In this document: piece after piece, positions 10,667 to 20,123 of the stretch
How positions within the stretch are numbered: position 1 is the first letter of the stretch
Layout: each line of letters starts with the position of its first letter
IMG/VR virus record: IMGVR_UViG_3300029267_004179
Location: 40,020 to 104,019 of that record
Source: a virus
Strand: one strand, 5' to 3'
DNA length: 64,000 nucleotides
Program-made: the position numbers and the translations under genes
Notes under the pieces: model-generated
What the model was told of the DNA's origin: nothing
The model's database searches: none
The model's input: the letters and a program-made list of their open reading frames with translations, nothing else

Positions 10667-12289
10667 ATGGGAATTACAACGTCATATAAGCCCGAGCAAA
10701 CAATGCTGAAAGAAATTCAGGATGGCAATCCTGCGGTCAGAACATGGGAAGCATTGAGGGATAATCTTCATGAAATAAGAAATGACACAGGCACTTTGAA
10801 TAGCACTGTAGTAGGCGATATCTATATTACTGGTGATACAGTCTTGTCTGAACCCTTGTTGTGTAATGACCTATATGTTTTAAATGAAGCAGAGCTTGAC
10901 TGTGGCGGGTTTGAAGTTCTTGTTCTGGGAAACCTTGTTATAAGGTCGGCAGAACTCATCAACTGTTTGAAGCTTGAGGTTTATGGAACGATTGATATCA
11001 ATCGGGCTGTTGGAGATACTTCTTTCACAAATCTACTTTACTGTGATGAAACGAACTGTCATGGTCAAGCGTGGTTTTACTATACGGAATGGGATAGAGC
11101 GGCAGGTGTAATTATTGAGCCCGCACCTACCGACTATATAAAACCACAATTGTTTGAAAGTGCTTTTTCATGGATAACTGCTTCAAACAATTATGCTGCT
11201 GCTTTTAGGTTCGCAGAAATTCATGTTGCCGGTACTTTCGGTTTTGCTTCAATTGGTGCAAATGCCTTTGCTCAATATTGTTGTCATCCGACAAAACTTT
11301 TTGTTAAGGGCGATATGAATATGTTCACTTGTACCCAACTCTTCCTTGCTGGAAGAGATATAACTACCCCTACTTCATGGAATGTTGTCGGATCATTCAC
11401 CCATAATCTTGCTGCTTTTACTTTAAACTTGACAGGCGGCGCTGGCGGCGCTGGCGTAATCGCCACTCATGCCGGTGCTGGTGGGGAGTTTAATGGTCCA
11501 CCAAACCAAACTGTAGGTGGTGCTACTGCTGGAACTTATAATGGTGGTGGTACGGGATATCGTGGAACCGGTGCTGGTGCTGCCGGTAGTCAAAAAGGTG
11601 GTGCAGGTGGTGCAGGTATTAATGGTCCCGGCGCTGGTGGGGGCGGTGGAGGCGGTGCTACTGACTTCAACTTTTATTATGGTAGTGGTGATCTTGGTTT
11701 AACATTCAACATGACATCACGTGGTGGTAATGGTGGAGCTGGTGGAGGTATAGGTGGTAATTCCGATGGTGGTGATGGCGGTGATGGTGGTGATGTAGCT
11801 GTTAGGTATACTGCCAATCAAATGACAATGCCTTTTACTGTTACTGGCGGGACCGGTGGTGCTGCTGGTGGCATTGGAGCTGCCGGTGCTAATGGTGCTG
11901 CCGGTAGCTCAAGTCATATTGTCGGAGCAGTTTTTGCCGGATATCGACCTGATATTCCAGTTCCTACTACTGCTGATGGTGCAACTACTGCTACTCTTTC
12001 ATGGAATGTTCCTGCTGATGATGATGGTGACAATCTTGATTTCCAAGTAGAAGTAGAAGAAAAATATACTCCATTTGTTTTTGTGACAATTTATCAAGAT
12101 GATAGTGATGCGAGTCCAGGTAAATTTTCTGGCGCTCCCCCTTATGCTCAAGGCGTAGGGAGTGTTACTTACACACCCGGTGGGTTAACTTCAGGGCAAT
12201 TGTACCGTTGGAGAGTAAGGGCTTTCAAAGATACTTCCACTTCTACATATAGTATTTTTACACAATGGCGTGAATTTTATGCTACTTAG
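10667..12289 (+). CDS. Glycine-rich tail fibre/adhesin with C-terminal fibronectin-III-like domain
   Basis: Long GGxGGxG tract; C-terminal TLSWN...LTSGQLYRWRVRA FN3-like signature. Confidence 0.7.
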   Translation: MGITTSYKPEQTMLKEIQDGNPAVRTWEALRDNLHEIRNDTGTLNSTVVGDIYITGDTVLSEPLLCNDLYVLNEAELDCGGFEVLVLGNLVIRSAELINCLKLEVYGTIDINRAVGDTSFTNLLYCDETNCHGQAWFYYTEWDRAAGVIIEPAPTDYIKPQLFESAFSWITASNNYAAAFRFAEIHVAGTFGFASIGANAFAQYCCHPTKLFVKGDMNMFTCTQLFLAGRDITTPTSWNVVGSFTHNLAAFTLNLTGGAGGAGVIATHAGAGGEFNGPPNQTVGGATAGTYNGGGTGYRGTGAGAAGSQKGGAGGAGINGPGAGGGGGGGATDFNFYYGSGDLGLTFNMTSRGGNGGAGGGIGGNSDGGDGGDGGDVAVRYTANQMTMPFTVTGGTGGAAGGIGAAGANGAAGSSSHIVGAVFAGYRPDIPVPTTADGATTATLSWNVPADDDGDNLDFQVEVEEKYTPFVFVTIYQDDSDASPGKFSGAPPYAQGVGSVTYTPGGLTSGQLYRWRVRAFKDTSTSTYSIFTQWREFYAT

Positions 12290-12297
12290 GAACTGAT

Positions 12298-12606
12298 ATG
12301 TTATTACCAAAAAAAACAGAAAAGAAGCCGAAAAAAGAAGGTAAAATAATAGATGAAATAAAAGGCATCCATGATCTTGAATTTCAAGCTAAAATTGATG
12401 CAGAAATTCTTTTACAAGTAAAAGAAATACAAAAGGATGTCTTGAGATACAATAGAGCTATGGAAGTATATAATGGAATAATAGCAGAGAAGGAGCGAAT
12501 TGCAAAAATTACCTCAAAAAGAATTAAAGAAAGTATCAGCTCAAACCGAAAAGTATTTTCGAAAAGAAAGAAAACAAATAAACAAAATATAAAGAATAGG
12601 AGGTAA
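12298..12606 (+). CDS. Basic hypothetical protein (possible paralog of the next gene)
   Basis: Shares a D.E..A..DA..L...K.I.KD..R...A pattern with 12609-12881. Confidence 0.55.
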   Translation: MLLPKKTEKKPKKEGKIIDEIKGIHDLEFQAKIDAEILLQVKEIQKDVLRYNRAMEVYNGIIAEKERIAKITSKRIKESISSNRKVFSKRKKTNKQNIKNRR

Positions 12607-12608
12607 TC

Positions 12609-12881
12609 ATGGAACAACCAATGACAGATGCAGAATATGATGCTCAGTATGATGCAAACACTTTGGCGAGAGCAAAGAATATCTTAAAGGATCAGAGTAG
12701 AAAAAGTGCCGCTGAAAAAGCAGCAAAAAGGATGGTAGAAAAAGAACAAAAAGAAGCTGATTCCTTAAGGGAGATTGCTGCCGGGAACGGCATTACACCT
12801 TCACAAAAAACTTCTTCGCCATTGACTGATGGTCTTCAAGGAGCAATGGATTCGGCTTATGGCGGGAAACGCTATCGGTAG
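12609..12881 (+). CDS. Hypothetical protein
   Basis: AGGAGG RBS; 90 aa. Confidence 0.6.
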   Translation: MEQPMTDAEYDAQYDANTLARAKNILKDQSRKSAAEKAAKRMVEKEQKEADSLREIAAGNGITPSQKTSSPLTDGLQGAMDSAYGGKRYR

Positions 12882-12892
12882 GTGGGGTAGTT

Positions 12893-13018
12893 ATGCCATT
12901 CGAAAGTAAAAAACAAGAAAAATGGATGAGAATAAACACGCCCAAATTGTATAAAGCTTGGGTTCGGAAATATGGTCATTATAAACCGAAGAAGAAGAAA
13001 TCATCCAAAAAGAAATGA
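12893..13018 (+). CDS. Small basic protein (41 aa), below the ORF-track cutoff
   Basis: MPFESKKQEKWMRINTPKLYKAWVRKYGHYKPKKKKSSKKK; G-rich RBS; fills the gap exactly; resembles MPF.S.KQ small phage proteins. Confidence 0.6.
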   Translation: MPFESKKQEKWMRINTPKLYKAWVRKYGHYKPKKKKSSKKK

Positions 13019-13033
13019 CTGAGGGGGGAGGTC

Positions 13034-13909
13034 ATGACAATAGATAATATTTTTCAGCCTATCGTAATTGCAGGTCATGAAGTTAACTATGATTTTTTGC
13101 AATTAACACCTATTACTCACAATGTAAAAGACTCCTTCACGTTCTCCTACGGCGGGTTTACTTGGGTTATATGCACTAATGTAGATCAAGGACCGAACGG
13201 TGGTGGTTTGACGGTTTTTAAAGAAGTAAATGGTATTTTGACTTTCCATGCAAATCTTTTTACCGGCAGATACAAAATGTGGGCTCCGAGAGTGGTCATT
13301 GAAGACGATGTGCTATACGTTTTGGTTACTGACACACAAGGGACCGGGAATGAGCCTGACTGGTACAACCACATGAGGGCTTTTAAGTTTCAGTATGCTA
13401 TCTTCAGTCCTACCAATTGGTGTAGCAATCCGGGGAAAATTGTTGTAGGTGATGACTCCTTCGGGATTATAGATGTTGAACTGTTCAAAATCGGGGAGTT
13501 CTACTACCTTTGCTATGTCATTATGGACTGGCACCAAGGGGAATGGTGGGACTTATGGTGTTCTTGTGCTAATAACTGGTCCGGCCCATTTACTTCTCCA
13601 AATAAGGTTAACTTTTCGGGAGCGACAGAACACGGAATAGAAGAAGCGCCTTGTTATAATAAAGATGATGGAATGTTTTATTTTTCAGTCAACGACAGTG
13701 CTACCATTTCATCTTTAAGGAGAGGTTATTTAATAAGCAGCGGTATAAATGCAGACGGTTCACAAATCCTGAATTTGAGCGAGGATGATATGTTTAGGAT
13801 GCAAGATGTCAGTGGTGGACTATGTACCCATCCTGATTTTTGGAAAGGAAAAATAAGAGCAACTGGAAAAGGTGTTCATGGATATCACATAATGGAGCAA
13901 ATCATCTGA
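13034..13909 (+). CDS. GH43-like five-bladed beta-propeller glycoside hydrolase
   Basis: WAP, IIDVELF and EEAP motifs in GH43 order, plus an N-terminal KD. Confidence 0.6.
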   Translation: MTIDNIFQPIVIAGHEVNYDFLQLTPITHNVKDSFTFSYGGFTWVICTNVDQGPNGGGLTVFKEVNGILTFHANLFTGRYKMWAPRVVIEDDVLYVLVTDTQGTGNEPDWYNHMRAFKFQYAIFSPTNWCSNPGKIVVGDDSFGIIDVELFKIGEFYYLCYVIMDWHQGEWWDLWCSCANNWSGPFTSPNKVNFSGATEHGIEEAPCYNKDDGMFYFSVNDSATISSLRRGYLISSGINADGSQILNLSEDDMFRMQDVSGGLCTHPDFWKGKIRATGKGVHGYHIMEQII

Positions 13910-13922
13910 TCGGAGCTGTAAA

Positions 13923-14279
13923 ATGCCTACCAAAAAAGACGATCCTTTCTTAAAGTTGGCTACCGCTGTTGAAAAATTAACAGGTAATCATCTTTGTGCT
14001 GGCGATAACTGCCCCAACTTCATAGGAGTAAAAGCATCTCAAAAAACATTTCAAGTGATTGTAATTTCTTTGATGGGAGTATTATGTATAATGGCAGGGG
14101 CAGTTATGCTTCAGCTTGCCGCATTTAAGGATGATTACAAAAATGATTATGCTAAGGTACAAGATGTTATAACAAGGGTAGGTGTGGTAGAAAAAGACAT
14201 AGAAACGCTTGAGATAAAAACAGACAATATCAATGCTCGTGTCTATAACCTTCAAATAAAAAATGCAAGGACTCCATAA
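13923..14279 (+). CDS. Single-TM coiled-coil membrane protein
   Basis: Hydrophobic VIVISLMGVLCIMAGAVML followed by a heptad-rich C-terminus. Confidence 0.6.
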   Translation: MPTKKDDPFLKLATAVEKLTGNHLCAGDNCPNFIGVKASQKTFQVIVISLMGVLCIMAGAVMLQLAAFKDDYKNDYAKVQDVITRVGVVEKDIETLEIKTDNINARVYNLQIKNARTP

Positions 14280-14280
14280 A

Positions 14281-15315
14281 ATGTCATTCTTATCGAATCT
14301 TATTTCAGGTATCACCGGCAAGAAGCTTGAAGAATCGGAACGACTTGTGGATGAAGCAAAATTAAGGATTCAATCGGCTTCTCAGGAATTACTTGAAGCA
14401 GCTTCAGAAGCAAAAGAACAAAGAGACCAGCTTGCTTTAAGTGAAAAAAAGTATAGGAATTTATTTCACAATTCACCGGTAGGTATGTTCAGGTTAAGTA
14501 ACGATGGAACAAAATTCCTTGAAGTCAACAATAGGTCTGTTGAAATTCTTGGCTATGATAGTGTTGAAGACTTGATGAATGTTCATCCGATTACTATTTG
14601 TGCGTCCGCTGACGTTTTTCATCGCATCCAATCAATACTTGATAACAAAGGAAGGGTTATCAAATATATCTTTTGTGGTCGGAAAAAGAATGGAGAAATT
14701 GTCACATTGGAATCATCCATGAAGGTCTACCCACACGAAGATTACACTGAAGGGACTGTGATTGATGTCACTGAAAGGGTGAGAATAGCAAAGCTGAAGC
14801 AATATGCCTATGAACTTGCCAATCAAATGGTTGATCTTGCGTGGTATAAGGATAGTAATTTGAAGTTTTTGTTTATTAATGCTTCCGGTTTAAAAGTCCT
14901 TTTCGGCCCGGATATGAAGCTTTCTGATGTAGAAGGATTAAGCGATATAGATGTTGTCAGAAAACATTACAAGGGAAATTATGATTCAAATCTTGTCGGA
15001 GAAGTCTGTCAAGCTACCGATAAGAAAACTATCGAAGCACGGAAACCATCCCGATTTATTGAAATTGCTAAAAATTTGGCAGGAGTAGAAGTCTGGCTTG
15101 ATGTTTTTAAGGTGCCTTGTTTTGCTACTGATGGAAAATTTGTATCAATAGTTGGAAATGCAAGGCTTATACATGAGAATATGCGGAGTGAATGTTCTTC
15201 TTTTTTAAAAGAGAAGATGGAAGAAGGCAAGGTTGATTTGGTTGCTGGGAAATTTTATCACCTAAAAGAATTTGAATATGCCGAACTAAGGGAAAGCATA
15301 ATCGATAAATCTTGA
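14281..15315 (+). CDS. Coiled-coil plus tandem PAS-domain protein with no output domain
   Basis: SEKKYRNLFHNSPVGMF..FLEVN..ILGY and DVTER (PAS/PAC 1); WYKDSNLKFLFINAS..W.DVFKVP..G.FV.IVG.AR (PAS 2). Start adjusted from 14263. Confidence 0.85.
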   Translation: MSFLSNLISGITGKKLEESERLVDEAKLRIQSASQELLEAASEAKEQRDQLALSEKKYRNLFHNSPVGMFRLSNDGTKFLEVNNRSVEILGYDSVEDLMNVHPITICASADVFHRIQSILDNKGRVIKYIFCGRKKNGEIVTLESSMKVYPHEDYTEGTVIDVTERVRIAKLKQYAYELANQMVDLAWYKDSNLKFLFINASGLKVLFGPDMKLSDVEGLSDIDVVRKHYKGNYDSNLVGEVCQATDKKTIEARKPSRFIEIAKNLAGVEVWLDVFKVPCFATDGKFVSIVGNARLIHENMRSECSSFLKEKMEEGKVDLVAGKFYHLKEFEYAELRESIIDKS

Positions 15316-15329
15316 AAAGAATCATCATC

Positions 15330-15412
15330 ATTTAAGATTCTATCAGCATAAAATAAAAAACTAATATAAGGGTATAGGGTAAAAATTTTATAGGCCTTAA
15401 AAAGGAAATAAG
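15330..15412 (+). repeat. Dispersed intergenic element, copy 2 (core TAAGGG)
   Basis: 15330-15401 is the exact reverse complement of 63902-63973. Confidence 0.95.
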
Positions 15413-15419
15413 GAAGCCG

Positions 15420-15848
15420 ATGGGAATCTTATTTAAACATTTTTCAGAAGTTCCTGAACGATTATGGAAATGGGATAATTTCAAACCGAATGAGTATTAT
15501 CTTTTTTGCCCGTGTTGCGGGGAGTTCTACCTTGATTTTGAAAGTATGGATCGACTTCAAGCTGCAAGGGATAATATCGGTAGTCCTATTCGAATTAACA
15601 GTGGGCATCGATGTCCTATTCATAATGCAAGGGTAGGTGGCGCTCCATTATCTCAGCACAAAAAAATTGCTTTTGATATTTCTGTTTTTAATAGCGACAA
15701 AAAGAAAGTCCTTGAAGGATTAAAAAAAGCAGGTTTTACCACATACGGGTTCTATAAAACTTTTGTTCATACTGATATTCGTAAGGGTAGAATGTGGTAT
15801 GGAAAAGGAGGTAAAGAGGCATGGATGGGATTAATTGGGCAGACGTGA
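15420..15848 (+). CDS. Endolysin, peptidase M15A family
   Basis: CPCCG, INSGHRC..HN..VGGA..SQH...AFDI and FVH.DIR zinc-peptidase motifs. Confidence 0.9.
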   Translation: MGILFKHFSEVPERLWKWDNFKPNEYYLFCPCCGEFYLDFESMDRLQAARDNIGSPIRINSGHRCPIHNARVGGAPLSQHKKIAFDISVFNSDKKKVLEGLKKAGFTTYGFYKTFVHTDIRKGRMWYGKGGKEAWMGLIGQT

Positions 15849-16351
15849 TAGGGGTAGGGGCATCTGCTGCCACCGGCGGCATTTTTGGACTCGTTGGTAG
15901 TCTTGTCGGCGCTGTTGGCAAATATTTCCAAAAGAAACAGGAACAGTCGTTTCTTCGGGAAAAATGGGATTATGAAACAAAGCTTCTTGAATTGAACATG
16001 AAAAAAGGAATACAAGAGTTTGATCATGAAATGGCATTAACCGCTCAACAAGGATCATGGTCGGGGCTTGAAGCATCGTATAAGCATGATGCATCTATAG
16101 GGCCAGTTCACAAGTGGGTAAATGATATAGTAAAGTTGTTTAGGCCGGTCTTAACTATCGCACTTTGGATTTTATGCGGAATAATCTTTTGGTGGTTTGG
16201 GCAGAAGGAGTTTTCTGAAACCCTTTCATCAGAAGATATTTTTATTTTAAAAAGATATATGATCCATACCACCTTCTTTGCTGCTGGTTCTGCTGCAATG
16301 TGGTGGTTCGGAGAACGGTCTTTAACTCCACCTGATATGAAACACAAATAG
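15821..16351 (+). CDS. Putative holin (3TM/GTA-holin-like)
   Basis: Overlaps the endolysin; ..RPVLT. and WWFGER motifs; several hydrophobic helices. Confidence 0.7.
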   Translation: MDGINWADVIGVGASAATGGIFGLVGSLVGAVGKYFQKKQEQSFLREKWDYETKLLELNMKKGIQEFDHEMALTAQQGSWSGLEASYKHDASIGPVHKWVNDIVKLFRPVLTIALWILCGIIFWWFGQKEFSETLSSEDIFILKRYMIHTTFFAAGSAAMWWFGERSLTPPDMKHK

Positions 16352-16359
16352 GTGATGCT

Positions 16360-16686
16360 ATGTTTAAAAAATACAAAGAATGGTCGATAGTAAAGAAGAT
16401 TACCGCTATCTGTGGGTTGATAACTGCCTTGGCAGGGGTCGTGACTCTTCTTTTTACTATCGATCATCGATTTGCTAAGAGTAGTGAGCTGAAGAAAGTC
16501 AAAACAAGGCTTGAGCATAAGATTGAAAGTGATCATTATCAGTGGTTGGAGCAAAGATCATATACTTTAAAGGATAGATATATTAATAAGCCTATGCCGC
16601 AGTCTGTGAAAGAAGAAATACGGAAAATTGAAGATGATTTGAAGTGGTTAAGGGAGAAGATTAAAAGCCTGATGAAAGATGATTAA
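16360..16686 (+). CDS. Membrane-anchored coiled-coil protein (lysis module)
   Basis: N-terminal TM segment; last gene of the + strand unit. Confidence 0.6.
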   Translation: MFKKYKEWSIVKKITAICGLITALAGVVTLLFTIDHRFAKSSELKKVKTRLEHKIESDHYQWLEQRSYTLKDRYINKPMPQSVKEEIRKIEDDLKWLREKIKSLMKDD

Positions 16687-16907
16687 TCATTGTGAACAAA
16701 ACACAGATCACCTATATGATCTTCCCATAATTGAACGTGTGCTTGTACTTCAGGATCATCTTCCAGCCCTTTTTCTTTGATGATATCTTTTAATTCTTGA
16801 ACTATTTCTTCTGTGACAAGTAGTCCTTTTATTATCTTGGATGTTTTCTCTGAATAACTTTTTCTATTTTTGAGCGGGTTTGGGAAAAAAGCAATAGTAG
16901 CACCCAT
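16683..16907 (-). CDS. Hypothetical protein
   Basis: Tightly packed minus-strand ORF. Confidence 0.55.
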   Translation of the reverse strand: MGATIAFFPNPLKNRKSYSEKTSKIIKGLLVTEEIVQELKDIIKEKGLEDDPEVQAHVQLWEDHIGDLCFVHND

Positions 16908-16908
16908 T

Positions 16909-17154
16909 TCACTTTCCTTTCTTCTTTTTTGGCGTCTTGGCCTGAAAGATTCTTGATCTTGCTTCTACAAGTTTTTCTATAACAACATCAACTTCTTCTT
17001 TTTTAAAAATCATCGAGTCCCAAATTGTAGTGCCTGGGTGTTTAATTTTTAGCAGAATCCTTTTGACATCATCTCCTCCTCTTGGGATATATTTAGACGC
17101 TTCTACTATGAGTTTGTCTCTTTTTAACTTTTTTTTCTTTCTTATTCTTTCCAT
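16909..17154 (-). CDS. Hypothetical basic protein
   Basis: AAGGAA RBS; packed ORF. Confidence 0.55.
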   Translation of the reverse strand: MERIRKKKKLKRDKLIVEASKYIPRGGDDVKRILLKIKHPGTTIWDSMIFKKEEVDVVIEKLVEARSRIFQAKTPKKKKGK

Positions 17155-17170
17155 AAAGTTTCCTTTTTTG

Positions 17171-17581
17171 TCAAATTACCCATTCACTTGGCCTTCTGAT
17201 TTTAAAGTCGCCATAGAAGTCTCTGCTTGAAGGATTATCTTCAGAAGAAAAACCTTCTTCACCTTCTATACCTACCTCATATTTTTCATCCAATTCTTTG
17301 TTGGTAAATTGCTTAAAGAATGAATTAAGGATACGGAAGAGCTTTTCATAGACAATAATCTTGTTTGCTACTTCTTTCATAATTTCATCGAAATGGGTGC
17401 AATACTCAGGAGAGATTACTGGGGTGTCATTAGATTTAAATCTAATGGCTTCATTTGTCCCATCTGTTAAATATTCTATGCGAAATAAACCATCATCTAT
17501 ATAGTCAAAAGTAAAGTCTTCATATTTATCATGTATGAAGTCGAATAGATCACATTGAAGCATTACAAGTTTTGTTTCCAT
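17171..17581 (-). CDS. Hypothetical protein
   Basis: AGGAGG RBS before METKL; start adjusted from 17632. Confidence 0.6.
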   Translation of the reverse strand: METKLVMLQCDLFDFIHDKYEDFTFDYIDDGLFRIEYLTDGTNEAIRFKSNDTPVISPEYCTHFDEIMKEVANKIIVYEKLFRILNSFFKQFTNKELDEKYEVGIEGEEGFSSEDNPSSRDFYGDFKIRRPSEWVI

Positions 17582-17591
17582 TATATTCCTC

Positions 17592-17819
17592 CTATTGTAT
17601 TGTGACTTCTTCAACTGAAAAGAAATCACCAAGATGGGTTTTTACATTTTCAATTAGAAGCCTTGAGTCTTCTTTGTCTTTTCCTTCCGGCATATTATCT
17701 GTTACTTCTATCATTTGGTTGATGAAAGTTTCATCAATTATCTCTTCTCCAGGTTCCCCGAATTTAAACCCAAGAGGATTTGGTCGGAATTTAAAAAGTA
17801 GTTTTTTCATAATTATCAC
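17592..17819 (-). CDS. Hypothetical protein
   Basis: Packed ORF. Confidence 0.5.
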   Translation of the reverse strand: MIIMKKLLFKFRPNPLGFKFGEPGEEIIDETFINQMIEVTDNMPEGKDKEDSRLLIENVKTHLGDFFSVEEVTIQ

Positions 17820-17847
17820 TTGTGCTATAGTGTGTGTATAGTTCTTT

Positions 17848-18210
17848 TTATATCTTCAAGTTTTTGTTTTTGTCCTGAATTCTTTTCCGTCTTGCTCGTT
17901 CTTTTTCAGCATCCTCTTTTAGACTTTTTAACTCAAGACAAATAGCCTTAACATTCCCGGCAGTTTCTAAGATAATTGTGTTATCATATACTACTTTAAG
18001 TTCGAATATGTTGGGCTTTATACTATAAACCCCTATATAGCTGTTAGTATCAGATATGATTTGGTTTCCTCTTGTTTCGGGGTTCATTCTAAGTCTAATT
18101 ATTTCTTTTTTATACCTATTTATCTGACGGTTGATTGTTTGTTTGTTTTCTTCCAAACTTATCCGTAGTCTTGCATCTTCTTTTGAAAGGTCAAACTTTT
18201 CATTTGGCAT
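17848..18210 (-). CDS. Hypothetical protein
   Basis: AAGGAG RBS. Confidence 0.55.
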   Translation of the reverse strand: MPNEKFDLSKEDARLRISLEENKQTINRQINRYKKEIIRLRMNPETRGNQIISDTNSYIGVYSIKPNIFELKVVYDNTIILETAGNVKAICLELKSLKEDAEKERARRKRIQDKNKNLKI

Positions 18211-18258
18211 TTTAGAACTCCTTTTGTTGAAGCCATTAATCGAACAACTATATCTAAT

Positions 18259-18450
18259 TTATTCATAAACCTTGCGGCAATGTCTGTCTTTCCAAGGTTG
18301 TTGGGTTTTTGCGTATCTATAGCATTTATCTCCATAAACACCCTTTGCTCCATAGTGGGCGAAACCACATAGTGGACAGCTACTATAATCACCTATATTA
18401 AAAATCCATTCACAGGAAGCACAAACCCTTAATTTTGCGTGTTGACCCAT
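18259..18450 (-). CDS. Small Zn-ribbon protein
   Basis: CASC...CPLC motif. Confidence 0.6.
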   Translation of the reverse strand: MGQHAKLRVCASCEWIFNIGDYSSCPLCGFAHYGAKGVYGDKCYRYAKTQQPWKDRHCRKVYE

Positions 18451-18453
18451 AGT

Positions 18454-18852
18454 CTAATCCATTGGCGTCATATACCCTTCGGTAATTTGATATAATTCAC
18501 ATCTGAACACAGTACAGCTACTTGTATTTCTTTTTTCGCAATTGGAACAGAAGATATAGCAGTGTTCAAGTTTTTCTTTCAGCTCATCACATTCATTTTC
18601 ACAGGTATCATATTTTTCTTTTAGTTCATTGACTTCTTTTTCATATTCGAGTTTTTCACTTCCAATGATCTCAATAATCCCTATTAGATCATCAGTTATT
18701 GATCTAATAGCATAGGTGTTAATCACAATCTCCTGCAACCGGTTAAAGTTTTCTTTTCTGATTACAGGAACACATTTTAATTCTGTAGCCATTTTGATTA
18801 TTTTTTCTTCTGCTTCTTTTATGGTTTTTAATATTTCAGATGTTTTTATCAT
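18454..18852 (-). CDS. Coiled-coil protein with Cys-rich C-terminus
   Basis: GGAGG RBS; coupled to the neighbouring gene. Confidence 0.55.
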   Translation of the reverse strand: MIKTSEILKTIKEAEEKIIKMATELKCVPVIRKENFNRLQEIVINTYAIRSITDDLIGIIEIIGSEKLEYEKEVNELKEKYDTCENECDELKEKLEHCYIFCSNCEKRNTSSCTVFRCELYQITEGYMTPMD

Positions 18853-19148
18853 TTAATCCTCCAGCATCTTATTCCCAAATGCCCATTTTCAACCACCTTT
18901 CGGCAGGTGAAATCCATATGCTTTTCAATTCTGCATTTCTTTGCTTTCTTCCGGCGAATAACACTCTGTTTAATGTTCATAATGGTGAAACATTGATCAC
19001 GATATGTTTTTGTCTTGATAAAGAAAGATTCACCGATGCTCATTTTATGGAAAGGGTATTTATTGAATGGCCTTGGTTTATTCTTTGGTCCTCTTTTGAT
19101 TTTTGGTAATGGTATTCCAGATTCAACAGTAGGCATATGGATAGTCAT
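18849..19148 (-). CDS. Small putative DNA-binding protein
   Basis: ESGIPLP...KYPF..M.IGESF...GIRCWRI pattern common in phage proteins. Confidence 0.6.
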   Translation of the reverse strand: MTIHMPTVESGIPLPKIKRGPKNKPRPFNKYPFHKMSIGESFFIKTKTYRDQCFTIMNIKQSVIRRKKAKKCRIEKHMDFTCRKVVENGHLGIRCWRIK

Positions 19149-19477
19149 ATATCCCCCATCTTTCCTTTTGCTTCTTCGTCAAGAAAAATCTTTTCACCCT
19201 TTGAAATGATGGTGAAAGACAGATCAGGATTCCCGTAAAGAATATAGTGTGCAAGGGTTTTATACTTGTCTTCCCGGTCAGCAAAGAAGGATTCAACCTT
19301 ATGATCATCCCATGATGCAGGGATAACTATCGGGATATTTAAGCTAATTTCCATTTTGGCATATCTTTTAATTAAAATACATTGATCGCTATGTACTTCG
19401 CCTACCCTTGACAAACATCCACGGCATATACAATCAACATCCCCTACGGCTTTTTCAGTTACGATATAATCCGACAT
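19145..19477 (-). CDS. Hypothetical protein with CxxC..H...C motif
   Basis: AAGGAG RBS; coupled. Confidence 0.55.
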   Translation of the reverse strand: MSDYIVTEKAVGDVDCICRGCLSRVGEVHSDQCILIKRYAKMEISLNIPIVIPASWDDHKVESFFADREDKYKTLAHYILYGNPDLSFTIISKGEKIFLDEEAKGKMGDI

Positions 19478-19483
19478 CTTAAC

Positions 19484-19812
19484 TACTCCTTACAAAGTCT
19501 GATTTTTACCAATTCTTCGGCATGACCATAGATGTGGAGCCCTTTACTTGCTGTGATGATGGGCCGGAAGCAACTACAATTTCATCAACCCTTTTTTCAA
19601 GATTCCCTAAACTGAAGATATATGGAACATATTCAACACACAGTTCACACCGGTAAAAGGTTTCTTCATCATTGTTGACAAGTAGTCCTTTATCGAATAA
19701 TTTGCAAATATTGTTACTACGATCAATAGGGCAATCACCACATTCTTTTTCTTTTTGTTTGTAGGTATCTGCCGGTTGAACTTTATGTATTTTTTAGAGT
19801 CATCGGTTATCA
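19484..19812 (-). pseudogene. Frameshifted Cys-rich gene
   Basis: MITDDS..PTNK continues in the -1 frame at an A-run as KECGDCP...C..RCELC; a further frame break occurs near the 3' end. Confidence 0.4.
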
Positions 19813-19994
19813 TTACTTTTCTCCTGAGAAACATGTGATCCACATAATGGGCATTTTGGAAGTCCTTTATTTTCACAATCTTCTATGTCACAATCTTCTA
19901 TATATCCTTGCCAAGAGCAGCTTTCATTACAGCATATACACCGAATACCAGGTAGGTGGTTATTAACAAAAGTTTTACTTTCTATTTTCATCAA
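19800..19994 (-). CDS. Small Zn-finger protein
   Basis: CICC...CPLC. Confidence 0.5.
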   Translation of the reverse strand: MMKIESKTFVNNHLPGIRCICCNESCSWQGYIEDCDIEDCENKGLPKCPLCGSHVSQEKSNDNR

Positions 19995-20123
19995 TCAAGT
20001 TCCTTAGTTTTTTCAACTCCATTTTAATCAGTACCCAGTCTTTCATTGGAGATTCGTTGGTTCAGAATGCTTCTGAAAATAGCTTGTCGAGTCTCTGTTC
20101 ATATTTTGGCAAGGGCTTAATTT

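Noticed and set aside
10667-12289. Diversity-generating retroelement target in the tail fibre
   Set aside because: No reverse transcriptase and no template/variable repeat pair seen in the window.
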